Source: Methanomicrobiales archaeon (GTDB lineage Archaea; Halobacteriota; Methanomicrobia; Methanomicrobiales; Methanospirillaceae). Taken from it: a stretch of DNA of 64,000 nt. Numbering within the stretch: the first letter of the stretch is position 1; the number at the start of each line of letters is the position of its first letter. The stretch covers positions 32,001-96,000 of the forward strand of contig JBAXJR010000003.1 of NCBI GenBank assembly GCA_037137755.1, read 5' to 3'. The position numbers and the translations under genes were made by a program. The notes beneath the pieces are model-generated. The model was not told the DNA's origin. It was given only the letters and a program-made list of their open reading frames with translations, and made no database searches. Below, in pieces: positions 28,910 to 40,099 of the stretch.

Positions 28910-30736
28910 ATGAATATGTCCGGCCTGCTTTCCCCGAATTATTTTAAGGGTGTCATGAAGTCGATGGGGGTCGTCTTCGGTGACATTGGGACAAGTCCGA
29001 TATACACGCTTACCGTTATTTTCATACTGGTCCAGCCCAACATCCAGAACCTGGTCGGGATAATTTCGCTCATTATCTGGACCCTGACTATTCTTGTAAC
29101 GATCCAGTATGCATGGCTGGCAATGCAGCTGGGTAGGAAAGGCGAGGGAGGCACGATCGTGTTAAAGGAGATCATCCTCCCGATGCTTAAATCGGGTAGG
29201 GCCATCGCATTCTTTTCCCTTCTGGCAATTATTGGGGTATCTCTCCTGATTGGTGACGCGGTAATCACGCCTGCTATCAGTATTCTTTCAGCCGTGGAAG
29301 GCCTGAGGCTTATACCGGGAATTGGCGGGATTAACCAGAGTATCCTGGTTATTATTGCTGCGTTCATTGCGATCATACTCTTTTCCTTCCAGAAGAAAGG
29401 AACCGAAAAAGTTGCCTGGGCATTCGGGCCGATAATGGTCATATGGTTTACGATACTTGCAGTACTCGGGCTTTTCTACATCCTGCAGGCACCCGAAATT
29501 CTGCAGGCTCTAAATCCCTACTATGGAATCCATTTTATGGTATCGAATGGCATTACCGCCTTCTTCATCCTTTCACAGGTATTACTCTGTGCCACGGGAG
29601 GAGAAGCGTTATTTGCCGATATGGGCCAGCTGGGGAGAGATCCGATCCTCAAGGCATGGGGGGTCGTGTTTTGTGCCCTTGCAATTAATTATCTTGGCCA
29701 GGGTGCCTATCTTCTCCATCACCCGGAAGCGAAAAATATCCTTTTTGAGATGGCATATACTACTGCCCCCCTGCTCTATATCCCATTCCTGCTCCTTGCC
29801 GTTGTCGCTACGGTAATTGCCTCACAGGCGGTAATTTCCGGTATATTTTCCATTGTGTACCAGGGAATTACCACGCGTATTATTCCGCTCTTAAAAATTG
29901 ACTACACGTCGGCTGAGCTCCGATCGCAAATCTATATCGATTCCATAAACTGGTTCATGCTGCTTGCCGTGCTGTATATCCTGTTCCAGTTTGAATATTC
30001 CGAGCGCCTGGCTGCAGCATACGGGCTTGCCGTGATGGGGACGATGACCTTAACCGGTATTATGATCACCGCGATTTTCCTGCTAAAGAAGCAGTATATC
30101 CGTACTGCCATCGCATTTAGCGTACTCCTGGTGGACCTCGTATTCCTGTTCTCAACGACCTTCAAAATTCCGAACGGCGGGTACTGGTCATTGCTAATCG
30201 CGGCTATCCCGTTCACCCTGATCATGATATATATAAAAGGGCAGAAGCGGCTTTTTGCCGCAATGAACCCAATGGACCTCCCTGAATTCCGGGAACGATA
30301 TAATCATGTGTATACCCATGTGAAAAAAATCAAGGGGACCGCTCTCTTTTTCGCACGGGACGTCCAGAAGATCCCGAGTTATATCTCCCATACCATCTTC
30401 AATAACAACATCTTATACGATGACAATATTATCATCAGTCTTCACCAGCTCGACAACCCGTTCGGGGTGAACGGAAGTTTTGAGGAAGACCTGGAACCAG
30501 GGCTCCGGGTCTTCCGGATTGAATACGGGTATATGGAGATTATCAACATGCCGAAAATCCTCCGCGATGCCGATATAAGGGAGAAAACGATATTTTACGG
30601 GCTAGAGGAGATCGTCACTGATAACCTTGTATGGAAAATATTCTCTGCAATCAAACGGCTTTCCCCGTCATTTGTGCAATTCTACAAGTTACCCTCCCAT
30701 AAGATTCACGGTGTGGTAACCCGTATTGAAATGTAA
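28910..30736 (+). CDS. kup: KUP/HAK/KT potassium transporter
   Basis: GVVFGDIGTSPIYT, GEGG, ITPAISILSAVEG, TGGEALFADMG, IASQAVISG. Confidence 0.95.
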   Translation: MNMSGLLSPNYFKGVMKSMGVVFGDIGTSPIYTLTVIFILVQPNIQNLVGIISLIIWTLTILVTIQYAWLAMQLGRKGEGGTIVLKEIILPMLKSGRAIAFFSLLAIIGVSLLIGDAVITPAISILSAVEGLRLIPGIGGINQSILVIIAAFIAIILFSFQKKGTEKVAWAFGPIMVIWFTILAVLGLFYILQAPEILQALNPYYGIHFMVSNGITAFFILSQVLLCATGGEALFADMGQLGRDPILKAWGVVFCALAINYLGQGAYLLHHPEAKNILFEMAYTTAPLLYIPFLLLAVVATVIASQAVISGIFSIVYQGITTRIIPLLKIDYTSAELRSQIYIDSINWFMLLAVLYILFQFEYSERLAAAYGLAVMGTMTLTGIMITAIFLLKKQYIRTAIAFSVLLVDLVFLFSTTFKIPNGGYWSLLIAAIPFTLIMIYIKGQKRLFAAMNPMDLPEFRERYNHVYTHVKKIKGTALFFARDVQKIPSYISHTIFNNNILYDDNIIISLHQLDNPFGVNGSFEEDLEPGLRVFRIEYGYMEIINMPKILRDADIREKTIFYGLEEIVTDNLVWKIFSAIKRLSPSFVQFYKLPSHKIHGVVTRIEM

Positions 30737-30767
30737 GGGAAGTATTTTTTTGGAGGTCTAACGAGAG

Positions 30768-31835
30768 ATGGACAAGTCCCAGGCCCGGTGGATATGGATA
30801 TCCGTAGCATTTTCAACCGTAGTACTGCTAATCGTCCTCGCCACGACCTTCGATGCAAATACACTCCTGGCAATTCTCAAACTCAATCTCTGGTTCCTGT
30901 TACTTGCCCTCCTGTTACGGGTAGCCTCCTTGTTGTTCTGGGCCCTGCGTGTCAGGACAATGTCAGGATCGCTTGGGTACAAGGTGAAATTCTCACACTG
31001 CTTCAACCTCGTTATCGCCAATCTCCTTGCCGGTGCAATTACCCCCGGGCAGGCAGGTGGGGAACCGGTCAGGATCCATGAATTATACAGGGCTGATGTT
31101 AAAATCGGCGATGCAACTGCGGTTGTTCTCATGGAACGTGTCCTCGATGGCGTGGTCCTGGTCATTATGGGAGTACTGGCGATGCTCCTCCTCCAGAGTA
31201 TCTGGAGAGGCTTGAACATCGCCCTGATTATAGGTATGTTTGTCGGCCTTGCCGTAATGATCGGGCTGATACTGCTGCTTTTCTACTCGGCAAGGAGACC
31301 TGAGCGTGTTAAAGTGTTTCTGACCCGTTTAATCACCTGGGCCGGTACCCGCTGGCAGGGAAAGACTATGCAGAAGGTTACGCGGTATGCTGACATGGAA
31401 ATGGACAATTTCTTTGCAAGCCTGCACCGTTTTACTACGAGCGGGCGGAAAGGTCTCATGTATGGTACGGTATTCACCACGTTATTCTGGGCATCCGAAT
31501 TTTTCGTTGCCTCCCTTCTCCTGCTCTCTCTTGGACAGTCTCCGTTTGTCGCTGAGTCCTACCTTTTCCAGTTGATTATCGCTATCGTTATGATGATCCC
31601 ACTGACACCAGGTTCATCGGGAATCGCAGAACTCTCGGCAACTTCACTCTATGCCCTGATTGTACCTGCATCGGTACTCGGGCTATTCGTACTTCTTTGG
31701 CGGTTACTCCTGTTCTATTTTAATATCATTGTCGGCCTTATGGCAAGCCTGAATATATTCAGGCGGGAACTTCGCATTAAAGATGAAAAAACAGCAGCAT
31801 CTGATCTACTGGTCCAGGAAACTGCCGATAAATAG
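30768..31835 (+). CDS. Flippase-like membrane protein (UPF0104/LPG synthase TM family)
   Basis: AITPGQAGGEPVR, MERVLD, PLTPGSSGIAE, LWR. Confidence 0.88.
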   Translation: MDKSQARWIWISVAFSTVVLLIVLATTFDANTLLAILKLNLWFLLLALLLRVASLLFWALRVRTMSGSLGYKVKFSHCFNLVIANLLAGAITPGQAGGEPVRIHELYRADVKIGDATAVVLMERVLDGVVLVIMGVLAMLLLQSIWRGLNIALIIGMFVGLAVMIGLILLLFYSARRPERVKVFLTRLITWAGTRWQGKTMQKVTRYADMEMDNFFASLHRFTTSGRKGLMYGTVFTTLFWASEFFVASLLLLSLGQSPFVAESYLFQLIIAIVMMIPLTPGSSGIAELSATSLYALIVPASVLGLFVLLWRLLLFYFNIIVGLMASLNIFRRELRIKDEKTAASDLLVQETADK

Positions 31836-32080
31836 ACACGATGGGGTTCAACCAACTCCTTTCCCGACGCCTACTATGATATTCTTCGGCTGGGTTCAAA
31901 TAAAGAATTCACGAAAATTCCAGAAGTCTGGTCCTGGAATAACATAATCTACAACTATATCTGGATTTAAGGGGATTTCAAAGATGACTGTTTCAGGTTA
32001 TTACCCAATGGTTCCCGACACAATATTACGTGATTATAAGGCGTTTATACTCCCGGTAAAGGTTCCCTGTTTCAATCTGA

Positions 32081-33049
32081 TCACAGGTCCGGCATTTTAA
32101 TGGCCATGTACCATGCATGGGCAGCAAGGACGAAATAAATCGGGTAGTTAATTCCATATGTGTTAAATTCTCCATTTGTTGCAAATACAAGGGTTGTTGC
32201 ATACACGTCGATCTGGAATATGATAATGCCCCACCATTTCCCAAGGTAGAAATACCCCATTCCCGGCAGGACGAAATTCAGGAACCCTGCAATGTAGGGA
32301 TTCTTTCGTAGCCTGGGCCGTAATGAGAGGCCGCGTGGGAGATATGCAAGTGAGAGGCCGACACGCGGTGCAGCCTTTACCGCAGTCCACCGGACGTTAT
32401 CACTCGCATCACTCAGTGAACGGTAAATTATGGGAATAGCCGTTTCTGACCCGATAGATCCCAGAGCCCGGACTGCCTTTTCCCGGATCTCACTGTCGGG
32501 ATCGGTCATGGCCACACTGAGGGGTTCAATCGCTGCCTCTCCAATAGCCACCATTTCCTTCCACTCCTGTTTCCCGAGGTGCAGATAGGCATGCAGGGTA
32601 TCATTATCAGGCTGCCACTGGAATTTATCAAGGGCTACTGCAGCCCCGTACCTGACAAAACGGTCGCGGTCTTTCAATCCTTCCACGAGCGAGGGTATTG
32701 CCCGGTCATCTCCAATCTCCCCGAGTGCAAGTGCTGCCTCCCACCGTACTTCGTTATCCGGGTCATGGATTGCATCCCTCAGGGGTTGCACCGCCTCTGT
32801 GGCCTTTATCTCACCGAGTGCTTCCATAACACCAAGCCGGACATGCTTGTTTCGTGATTGTAATGCCACAAGCAGATGTTTCGTCCCATCCGTCCCCATC
32901 TCCCCAAGGGCTTCGGCGGCCCGCCACTGGATATCAAGGTCTTTATACGTGAGTGCCTGGATGAGACCGTGAATATCTTTGTGTTGTTTCAGCTGGTCGA
33001 TATCAGGTGGTTCAGGCCGGAACATGCTCAGTAGTTTCAGTTGTACCAC
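32081..33049 (-). CDS. HEAT/PBS-lyase repeat protein with C-terminal TM2-like membrane domain
   Basis: Repeated VR..AA.ALG.IG...A...L units; KNPYIAGFLNFVLPGMGYFYLG followed by TM helices. Confidence 0.85.
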   Translation of the reverse strand: MVQLKLLSMFRPEPPDIDQLKQHKDIHGLIQALTYKDLDIQWRAAEALGEMGTDGTKHLLVALQSRNKHVRLGVMEALGEIKATEAVQPLRDAIHDPDNEVRWEAALALGEIGDDRAIPSLVEGLKDRDRFVRYGAAVALDKFQWQPDNDTLHAYLHLGKQEWKEMVAIGEAAIEPLSVAMTDPDSEIREKAVRALGSIGSETAIPIIYRSLSDASDNVRWTAVKAAPRVGLSLAYLPRGLSLRPRLRKNPYIAGFLNFVLPGMGYFYLGKWWGIIIFQIDVYATTLVFATNGEFNTYGINYPIYFVLAAHAWYMAIKMPDL

Positions 33050-33169
33050 CTCAAGGTCAGGATGTCAGCGAAATTGCAGGTTATTCCTCCGTTGTTTTTA
33101 TGGGAGGGATGGTCCCTTACTGAGGGGACTTTATTTTTGGGAGGCTGCAGGTCGGGGGCGTTCATGGTA

Positions 33170-34144
33170 TCACAATTCAGGGATTTTATTTCCAAGGTAC
33201 CACGCATGCACAGCGAACGCTATCGAGTACGGCACTGACAACAGGGGGATCACAAGGAAGGGAAGGTGGCTGCCAGTGACTGCAATTGTCATTAAGTTTA
33301 TCGTGATAAAGACCTGGAATAAGAGGAACCCGAACCAGTACCCGAGGTAATTGTACCCGATGCCAAGGAACATCAGGTTCAGGAGGGCTGCGATATATGG
33401 GCTTGGTTTCGTTTTTGGCCGCCTGGAGAGCCCCATGGGGAGAATGGTCAGCGGGATGCCGCATTTTGGGAATGAAAGTGCTGCCCGCTTACGGACAAAC
33501 GCGTCAGGGTCACGCAGTGCAATACTGCAGGCACCCCGTGCATCCGGGGTATGGACTTCACCAAGCGAATCTACTGCTGCAGCCCGTACTCGTGGGTCCC
33601 GGTCTTTTAGTGCCCATAGCAACGGGGCACCCACCTCTTCTCCGAGTGGTGGGATTTTCTCCCATTCCTGCTTGGCGATATAATAATATGCCTGCACCGG
33701 GATTTCTGGAGGCTTCCACCCGAACGTATCAAGCGCAGTGGCCGCCCCGGACCTGACATATTTATCGGGATCCCGCAATGCGGTAACGATCGGAGCTATC
33801 GCGGATTCATCACCTGTTGCGGCAAGGGAGTATACAGCAGCCCACCGTACTTCGTTGCTCCGATCATTCCTGAGTAGTTCGATCAGGGGACCAACTGCCT
33901 TCCTGGAATGTATGACTCCCAGCGCTTCAACTGCTCCAATGCGTACGGCAATATTCCTATGCTTCAGTGAAGAAATTAAGGGTGATACGGCAGGTTCGCC
34001 AATTTCTGCAAGTCTTTCGGCTGACTTTCTCTGTATATCCTGGTCAGGGTGACCGAGCAGCGATATGAGGTCCTTTGTAGTTCCACCTTCCAGTCTTCGA
34101 TGGACTTCGGTGTCTCCCGGCCAAAATACCTTCTGGATATTCAC
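33170..34144 (-). CDS. HEAT/PBS-lyase repeat protein with C-terminal TM2-like domain (tandem paralog)
   Basis: Same architecture; PSPYIAALLNLMFLGIGYNYLG; shared HAWY...K.P.L terminus. Confidence 0.85.
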   Translation of the reverse strand: MNIQKVFWPGDTEVHRRLEGGTTKDLISLLGHPDQDIQRKSAERLAEIGEPAVSPLISSLKHRNIAVRIGAVEALGVIHSRKAVGPLIELLRNDRSNEVRWAAVYSLAATGDESAIAPIVTALRDPDKYVRSGAATALDTFGWKPPEIPVQAYYYIAKQEWEKIPPLGEEVGAPLLWALKDRDPRVRAAAVDSLGEVHTPDARGACSIALRDPDAFVRKRAALSFPKCGIPLTILPMGLSRRPKTKPSPYIAALLNLMFLGIGYNYLGYWFGFLLFQVFITINLMTIAVTGSHLPFLVIPLLSVPYSIAFAVHAWYLGNKIPEL

Positions 34145-34695
34145 ATACCACTCCGAATTTTCTTTTTGGGCGATAAGGTGTTATTCCGACAGCTGTTTCT
34201 TTAATTCCGGCTGCCCGATGAATTTCATCATCCTGAATATTCAGGTTACACAGAACATTCCGGCAGAACGATGTAATTCCGTCAATTCCTATTCACCGGT
34301 GCAAGCACAGCAAATGGAACAGCCCGTTCGTGGTACAATGTAATTAGTCATTCAAACAGTCTGCGTTTTGAGTCGAATTCACGAAATTTATGCCAGTGTG
34401 GTACATCAATTCTGAATTGAGGTTAATTAACTGGTTCTATCAAAAACATATAAACGTTTGCGGGGTTCCTTTAACGCCAGATTCCATTTTTATTAATAAT
34501 CAGTCTTTTAATACCATCTGGACTTATTTACCCGGGAAATTTATGGTAACATTCACGTCCGAATGCATCGGAAAAGTTAGGGTTTTGAAATCCATTCCTC
34601 CATATACAGGTGGACTAAAAAGATACAATAATTCGAAAAAAACCAGCGATAATTAAAGGATAATGGTTAAAATAGAAAGAAATTTACCCGGAGTA

Positions 34696-35619
34696 TTATA
34701 ATTCGCTCGAATCTCCCAGCATCTTTACTAATAACGCTTTCTGGGCATGCAGGCGGTTTTCTGCTTCGTCCCAGACCACACTCTGCGGTCCTTCGATCAC
34801 CTCATCCGTTATTTCATGTCCCCGGTGCGCGGGGAGGCAATGCATGACAATTGCATCGGGAGAGGCATTTTTTAATAAATTATTATCGACGGTATATCCC
34901 TGGAATGCCTTGATACGGACATCATATCGTGCTTCTTCTCCCATCGAGACCCAGGTATCTGTTACCACTACATCAGCATCCCTGACTGCCTGAACCGGGT
35001 CGTGCATCACTTCCACCCGTCCGCCAAGTGATCTTGCTCTTTCAACTACCTCTTCTTTTGGTAAAAAGCCGACAGGACTTGCAATATTCACAATCATACC
35101 GGTAATCGCTGAAGACAACACAAGCGAATTACAGACATTATTCCCATCACCCACCCAGGCAACTTTGATGTCGATCGTAGAACCAAAATGCTCCCAGATC
35201 GTGAGGATATCAGCAAGCAACTGGCATGGGTGCTCCTTGTCTGACAGCCCGTTAATAACCGGGACGTTCGAATACCTTGCAAAATCGACAATTGTCTGGT
35301 GTTTGTATGCACGGATCATCAACCCTGATACATACCGTGAGGCTACCCGTGCCGTGTCCCTGATCTCTTCCCCACGGCCAATCTGGAGGTCCTGTGAGTT
35401 AAGGTAGAGTGCATGCCCGCCAAGGTCATGCATACCTACTTCGAAGGAAAGCCTCGTTCGCGTTGAAGGCTTCTCAAATATCATCGCGAGTGCCTTTCTC
35501 GTGAGCAGTTCGTGAGGAGTCCCGGTGCTTTTCATTTTTTTGAGATGTTTCGCTTCTGCGAGGATCTTCTGCAATTCCTCTTCGGAAATATCAAGCAGCG
35601 AGAGAAGGTCTTTTTTCAT
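34696..35619 (-). CDS. argF: Ornithine carbamoyltransferase
   Basis: STRTR, HPCQ, GDGNN, DTWVSMG, HCLP. Confidence 0.96.
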   Translation of the reverse strand: MKKDLLSLLDISEEELQKILAEAKHLKKMKSTGTPHELLTRKALAMIFEKPSTRTRLSFEVGMHDLGGHALYLNSQDLQIGRGEEIRDTARVASRYVSGLMIRAYKHQTIVDFARYSNVPVINGLSDKEHPCQLLADILTIWEHFGSTIDIKVAWVGDGNNVCNSLVLSSAITGMIVNIASPVGFLPKEEVVERARSLGGRVEVMHDPVQAVRDADVVVTDTWVSMGEEARYDVRIKAFQGYTVDNNLLKNASPDAIVMHCLPAHRGHEITDEVIEGPQSVVWDEAENRLHAQKALLVKMLGDSSEL

Positions 35620-36908
35620 CGTATCTCCTTCATATGGTCTATTCGCTTTTGGAGCAGCGCTTGTGTGCCGATATCACGGCGGTGACTTACATCCCCGCTG
35701 ACCGACGAGGCAGCTGATTCTGCAATTTTTTCTGCCTCATCAAGCGTGTCAGCCCTTCCGACAAATGCAAGGGTCCGTGATGTCTGGGTCAGGAGTTCGC
35801 TGTTGGTCAGCTCAACATTAGCATAAAACAGCAGCGCATTGCCGTAATCCCCGAATGTGAGCTGCCTGCCGGTACGCGGGGTGTCAGGGTACCCTTCCGG
35901 AACAAGGTACTTACAGACGGTAGCCTCCTTTGAAAATTTCACTGACCCCTGTGAGAGCGTCCCTTCTGTAATCCTGATCATTATGTCAGCCATATCAGAT
36001 TCAAGGAGTGAAAGGACATTCATGGCTTCCGGGTCACCAAACCTGGCATTGAACTCAATCACCATCGGGCCGTTTTTGGTATTCATGAACTGGCCGTATA
36101 ATATTCCCCGGTACGGCTGCCCGATTTTTGCCATCACGGCTACCACGTCCTTCATGATACGAAGGGCCTTTTCCCGGTCTGTATGGGTAACAAACGGCAA
36201 TGTATGGTCCGGCATACTATAGGAGCCCATACCCCCCGTATTCGGGCCCTGGTCTCCTTCGAACGCACGTTTATGGTCCTGTACAAGGGGCATCGGCACC
36301 AGGTGTGCGCCGTCAACAAATGCCTGTAGGGTGAATTCTTCGCCGATGAGGCGTTCCTCAACAACGACCTGGCCTTCCAGCTGCTTTGCATAATCGATCG
36401 CACCGTTCCGGTCCACGTGCTCTCCCATGATCCGTACACCTTTTCCACCGGTGAGGCCGATCGGCTTGATTGCGAGGTCCCCCGGGTACTGTGAAATGAA
36501 AGATACCGCATCTTCCTGGTCGTGAAAAACCCGGTATTTAGGGCATCCTGCCACCCCGTGACGGTCCATCATGACCCTGCAGAATCCTTTATCCGTCTCG
36601 AGACGGGCTGCTTCCCTCGTTGGGCCTACGCATGCGATCTGGCGGGACTCAAGCTCGTCGGCAATTCCTGCCTGCAGGGGGGCTTCGGGCCCGATAATCG
36701 CGCACTGGACACCAACACCTGATGCAAAATCCGCGATCCGTTTGACATTCGTCTCATTCTCCACAAGGACTCGTTCAGAAACAGACCAGATACCCGGGTT
36801 TTTCTTAGCCATTACTGAATAAAGTTCTACTTCGCTGTTGCGGGATAGGACGCTTGCTATCGCGTGCTCCCTGCCTCCTCCTCCCACAACCAGGATCTTC
36901 AATGTCAT
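35616..36908 (-). CDS. purD: Phosphoribosylamine-glycine ligase
   Basis: [35 protein letters not shown]. Confidence 0.96.
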   Translation of the reverse strand: MTLKILVVGGGGREHAIASVLSRNSEVELYSVMAKKNPGIWSVSERVLVENETNVKRIADFASGVGVQCAIIGPEAPLQAGIADELESRQIACVGPTREAARLETDKGFCRVMMDRHGVAGCPKYRVFHDQEDAVSFISQYPGDLAIKPIGLTGGKGVRIMGEHVDRNGAIDYAKQLEGQVVVEERLIGEEFTLQAFVDGAHLVPMPLVQDHKRAFEGDQGPNTGGMGSYSMPDHTLPFVTHTDREKALRIMKDVVAVMAKIGQPYRGILYGQFMNTKNGPMVIEFNARFGDPEAMNVLSLLESDMADIMIRITEGTLSQGSVKFSKEATVCKYLVPEGYPDTPRTGRQLTFGDYGNALLFYANVELTNSELLTQTSRTLAFVGRADTLDEAEKIAESAASSVSGDVSHRRDIGTQALLQKRIDHMKEIR

Positions 36909-36937
36909 GTATCAGACCTACCGTCTATTACTACTGG

Positions 36938-37450
36938 TTACTCTCTGGTTATCTCGCTTGCTTTAACTAGTGCATGCAATGTCACGTTATCCTTTGCCAG
37001 TGCAGCGGTGGCGCCCTGCTCCCTGTCGACCACGGTCACGACGCTACTGATACTGGCACCTGCTTCCCGGAGTGCGTGTACACCGTATATCGCTGAGCCG
37101 CCTGAGGTTGTCACATCCTCAACGAGAAGGACATTTCTGCCGTTCACATCCCCGATCAATCTGCCACTTTTTCCATGGTCCTTCTCCGCACTCCTGATGA
37201 TTGCATACGGACGTTTACCGATAAGTGACACCCCGACGGCGAGCGGGACTCCCCCTACAGCGACACCGGCTACAATTTCTGATGGGAACCTGACTGCAAT
37301 TTCCTCGCAGATGAGCTCCAGCAGGACAGGGTCCGTCATTGCCGATTTGATGTCCAGGTAATACGAGCTGGTCTCACCTGATGCAAGAATAAAATGGCCG
37401 TATTCAACTGCACCATGGCGGATAAGTGCGTCTGCGATCCCGTTTACCAT
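36938..37450 (-). CDS. pyrE: Orotate phosphoribosyltransferase
   Basis: F.LASG..S.YY.D.K, VEDVTTSGGS, VVDRE. Confidence 0.93.
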   Translation of the reverse strand: MVNGIADALIRHGAVEYGHFILASGETSSYYLDIKSAMTDPVLLELICEEIAVRFPSEIVAGVAVGGVPLAVGVSLIGKRPYAIIRSAEKDHGKSGRLIGDVNGRNVLLVEDVTTSGGSAIYGVHALREAGASISSVVTVVDREQGATAALAKDNVTLHALVKASEITRE

Positions 37451-37487
37451 GCTATTCCCTCACTCTGTATTTCGTCTTTCATTCCGA

Positions 37488-38081
37488 TTACCATGGGACC
37501 TCCTTCACGCCAGCCAGGTACCCGATGATATTGGTAGCACGGTGGAGCAGGGGCGTAATAATAAGGATTATTATCACAATCGGGATAGTCATTACGCTGA
37601 AAAACCACTGCGGATCGAATACGGCTGTAAGAAGAAATGCCCCAACCACCAGGTCATACTGGTCTGCTACCGGCCAGGGGTCCCCTGAATTCTTACCGAG
37701 ACGACGTTTGAAAAAACTCTTTCCAAGATCACCAAGCAGTGCACCGGTTGCAAGGAGGAACACTGCGGGCATGGTGAGGACAGGAAAAAAATCCCAGTTG
37801 AAATATGACGCGAGTACAATCTGGACTGCCCCGGTAATGACCCCGCATGCAATCCCTATAACAAGGCCTCTCCATGTCTTTCCACTCCCGAAGAGTCTTC
37901 TCCCGTCGTTAAAATTTTTCCCCCCGTCGATGGGTGCGCCCCCCCCGAATGCAGCTGCCGAGGAGTTTGGGATATAAGCGGGTAACATTATCCAAAGAGC
38001 GGAAACCAATGCTATTATTATTGTTTCGATACTAATAGTTGGAGCACCCCAATACCTAAAATAAAGAGCAGGTATAAACAT
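37488..38081 (-). CDS. carS: CDP-archaeol synthase (true start probably further downstream)
   Basis: LPAYIPN, PIDGG...DGRRLFG.GKTWRG, GDL.KSFFKRR, DQYD, K.VPW. Confidence 0.93.
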   Translation of the reverse strand: MFIPALYFRYWGAPTISIETIIIALVSALWIMLPAYIPNSSAAAFGGGAPIDGGKNFNDGRRLFGSGKTWRGLVIGIACGVITGAVQIVLASYFNWDFFPVLTMPAVFLLATGALLGDLGKSFFKRRLGKNSGDPWPVADQYDLVVGAFLLTAVFDPQWFFSVMTIPIVIIILIITPLLHRATNIIGYLAGVKEVPW

Positions 38082-38132
38082 TAAGGTATCGAAGGGAGAA
38101 ATTCCTCGGAAGGATGCATTGGTTTGAGTATT

Positions 38133-39596
38133 ATGCTGATCAAAAAGACGAAGAGCCTGTGCCCTGTCTGCAATACCGTGATTGATGCGGAAATTGTGGA
38201 GGAAGAAGGCGGGGTATGGATACGCCGTTCATGTCGGGAGCATGGATCATTCCGTGATCTCTACTGGTCTGACGTGGATATGTACCGCAGGTTCGATAAC
38301 TATGAGAATATCGGGTCGGGAGTCGATAACCCGCAGCGTGATGGTTCGGAGGAGGCCTGCCCTACCAATTGTGGACTTTGCAGCAACCATAAATCTGCCA
38401 CTCTTCTTGCGAATATTGACCTCACAAACCGTTGCAATTTAAACTGTGACTTCTGTTTCGCAAATGCCCGTGCCTGTGGATATATTTATGAGCCCACTTT
38501 TGACCAGATTGTTGAGATGCTCAAACTCCTCAGGAATGAAAAACCAGTTCCAGCCCCGGCGGTGCAGTTCTCCGGTGGTGAGCCTACCATGCGCGAAGAC
38601 CTGCCGGAGATTATCAGGAAGGCGAAAGAACTCGGGTTTCCACAGGTACAGCTCGCTTCGAACGGCATAAAAATTGCAAAAGATATTGCCTATGCCCAGG
38701 CACTTAAAGACGCAGGGCTCTCAACCATTTATCTCCATTTTGACGGTGTAACCCGGGATACCAACCCGAACCTTGCAATCGATGAAAAAGCTGTTGCAAA
38801 CTGCCAGAAAATCGGCCTGGGTATCGTGCTCGTCCCCACAATAATCAGGGGACGGAATGACCACCAGATAGGGGACATCATCCGGTACGCAGCCGACCAC
38901 ATATCAGCTGTCCGCGGTGTTAATTTCCAGCCGATTGCATTTACCGGTGCGGCCAGCCAGGACGATGTTATCAGGGAAAGGATTACGGTCCCGGACATAT
39001 CCGCAGCTGTTGAGAAACAGACCGATGGTGTAATCAGGAAATCTGACTTTTACCCGATTCCCTGTGTGTTACCCATATCAGCCTTATTTGAAGCGTACGG
39101 GGGAAAACCCCAGATACAGTTCACCGCCCACCAGCACTGCGGGGCTGCCACCTATGTATTTGTAACAAAAGAAGGCCTGGTCCCTATAAACCGCATGCTT
39201 GACGTAGACCAGTTCTTTGAATCTGTTGATACGATGGCTGAAAAACTGAAAAAAGGAGGGTCCATTAATAAGTACAAGACCCTGCTTGAGGGGATCAAGG
39301 GACTCCATGATTCCGTGAAGAACAGCGAACAGGGAAGTGCAATAGACTTCTGGAAACTTATCGGGAAAGCCCTCTTGTTGCAGAATTTTGATGCATTAAG
39401 GGAGTTTCACTGGAATGCACTCTTCATAGGCACCATGCATTTCATGGACCGGTATAACTACGACATCTGTCGTGTCCAGAGGTGCTGTATCCACTATGCA
39501 ACCCCAGACGGGACACTCATACCGTTCTGCACCTATAACTCAGGGCCTGTATACCGGGAACAGGTCTGGCAGCGATGGAAAAAAACTGAAGAATAA
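38133..39596 (+). CDS. tes: Tetraether lipid synthase (GDGT-MAS, radical SAM)
   Basis: N-terminal CPVC...C.EHG, CP.NCGLC..H, CNLNCDFC, QFSGGEPT, HCG, C-terminal CCIHYATPDG..IPFC.YN. Confidence 0.9.
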   Translation: MLIKKTKSLCPVCNTVIDAEIVEEEGGVWIRRSCREHGSFRDLYWSDVDMYRRFDNYENIGSGVDNPQRDGSEEACPTNCGLCSNHKSATLLANIDLTNRCNLNCDFCFANARACGYIYEPTFDQIVEMLKLLRNEKPVPAPAVQFSGGEPTMREDLPEIIRKAKELGFPQVQLASNGIKIAKDIAYAQALKDAGLSTIYLHFDGVTRDTNPNLAIDEKAVANCQKIGLGIVLVPTIIRGRNDHQIGDIIRYAADHISAVRGVNFQPIAFTGAASQDDVIRERITVPDISAAVEKQTDGVIRKSDFYPIPCVLPISALFEAYGGKPQIQFTAHQHCGAATYVFVTKEGLVPINRMLDVDQFFESVDTMAEKLKKGGSINKYKTLLEGIKGLHDSVKNSEQGSAIDFWKLIGKALLLQNFDALREFHWNALFIGTMHFMDRYNYDICRVQRCCIHYATPDGTLIPFCTYNSGPVYREQVWQRWKKTEE

Positions 39597-40099
39597 TCAA
39601 TCCCCTAATCCTGTAGATACGGAAAATACCAATGTTTTTTTTAAACACACAGTTGACTGTGAATAATTTTGAAAAAGGTTTTGCGGTTTTGAATACGTAT
39701 GAGAAGGAAATATTTCCAAAATAGTCTGAACGGGACCAACATTAGCTAAAACTACTCAGCCAGATACTAAAGAAAAATGCAATGATACCAATACAGATTA
39801 CAATAATCCATAAATTTGGATAAATCCATTGTTGATAACATGATGAATTTTGCCAATTCATTACAACCCTCTTGAAGGATTTATTTAATAAATTCTCTGC
39901 CAATTCTGAATATTCCCCTAAATCATGTTTTTTATTTTTAAAAAATATATTTCAAACTGCAGACTGTTGCTACAATTAAAAAATGGGAACACCCATTCGG
40001 GTACCTTCTTGCACAAATCCCGTTTAGAAAACCGGCGGGTGGGAAATGTCAGGTGTTTTGGCCCGGTTCTTTGTACATCTGGCATGCAATATTTTCTTC

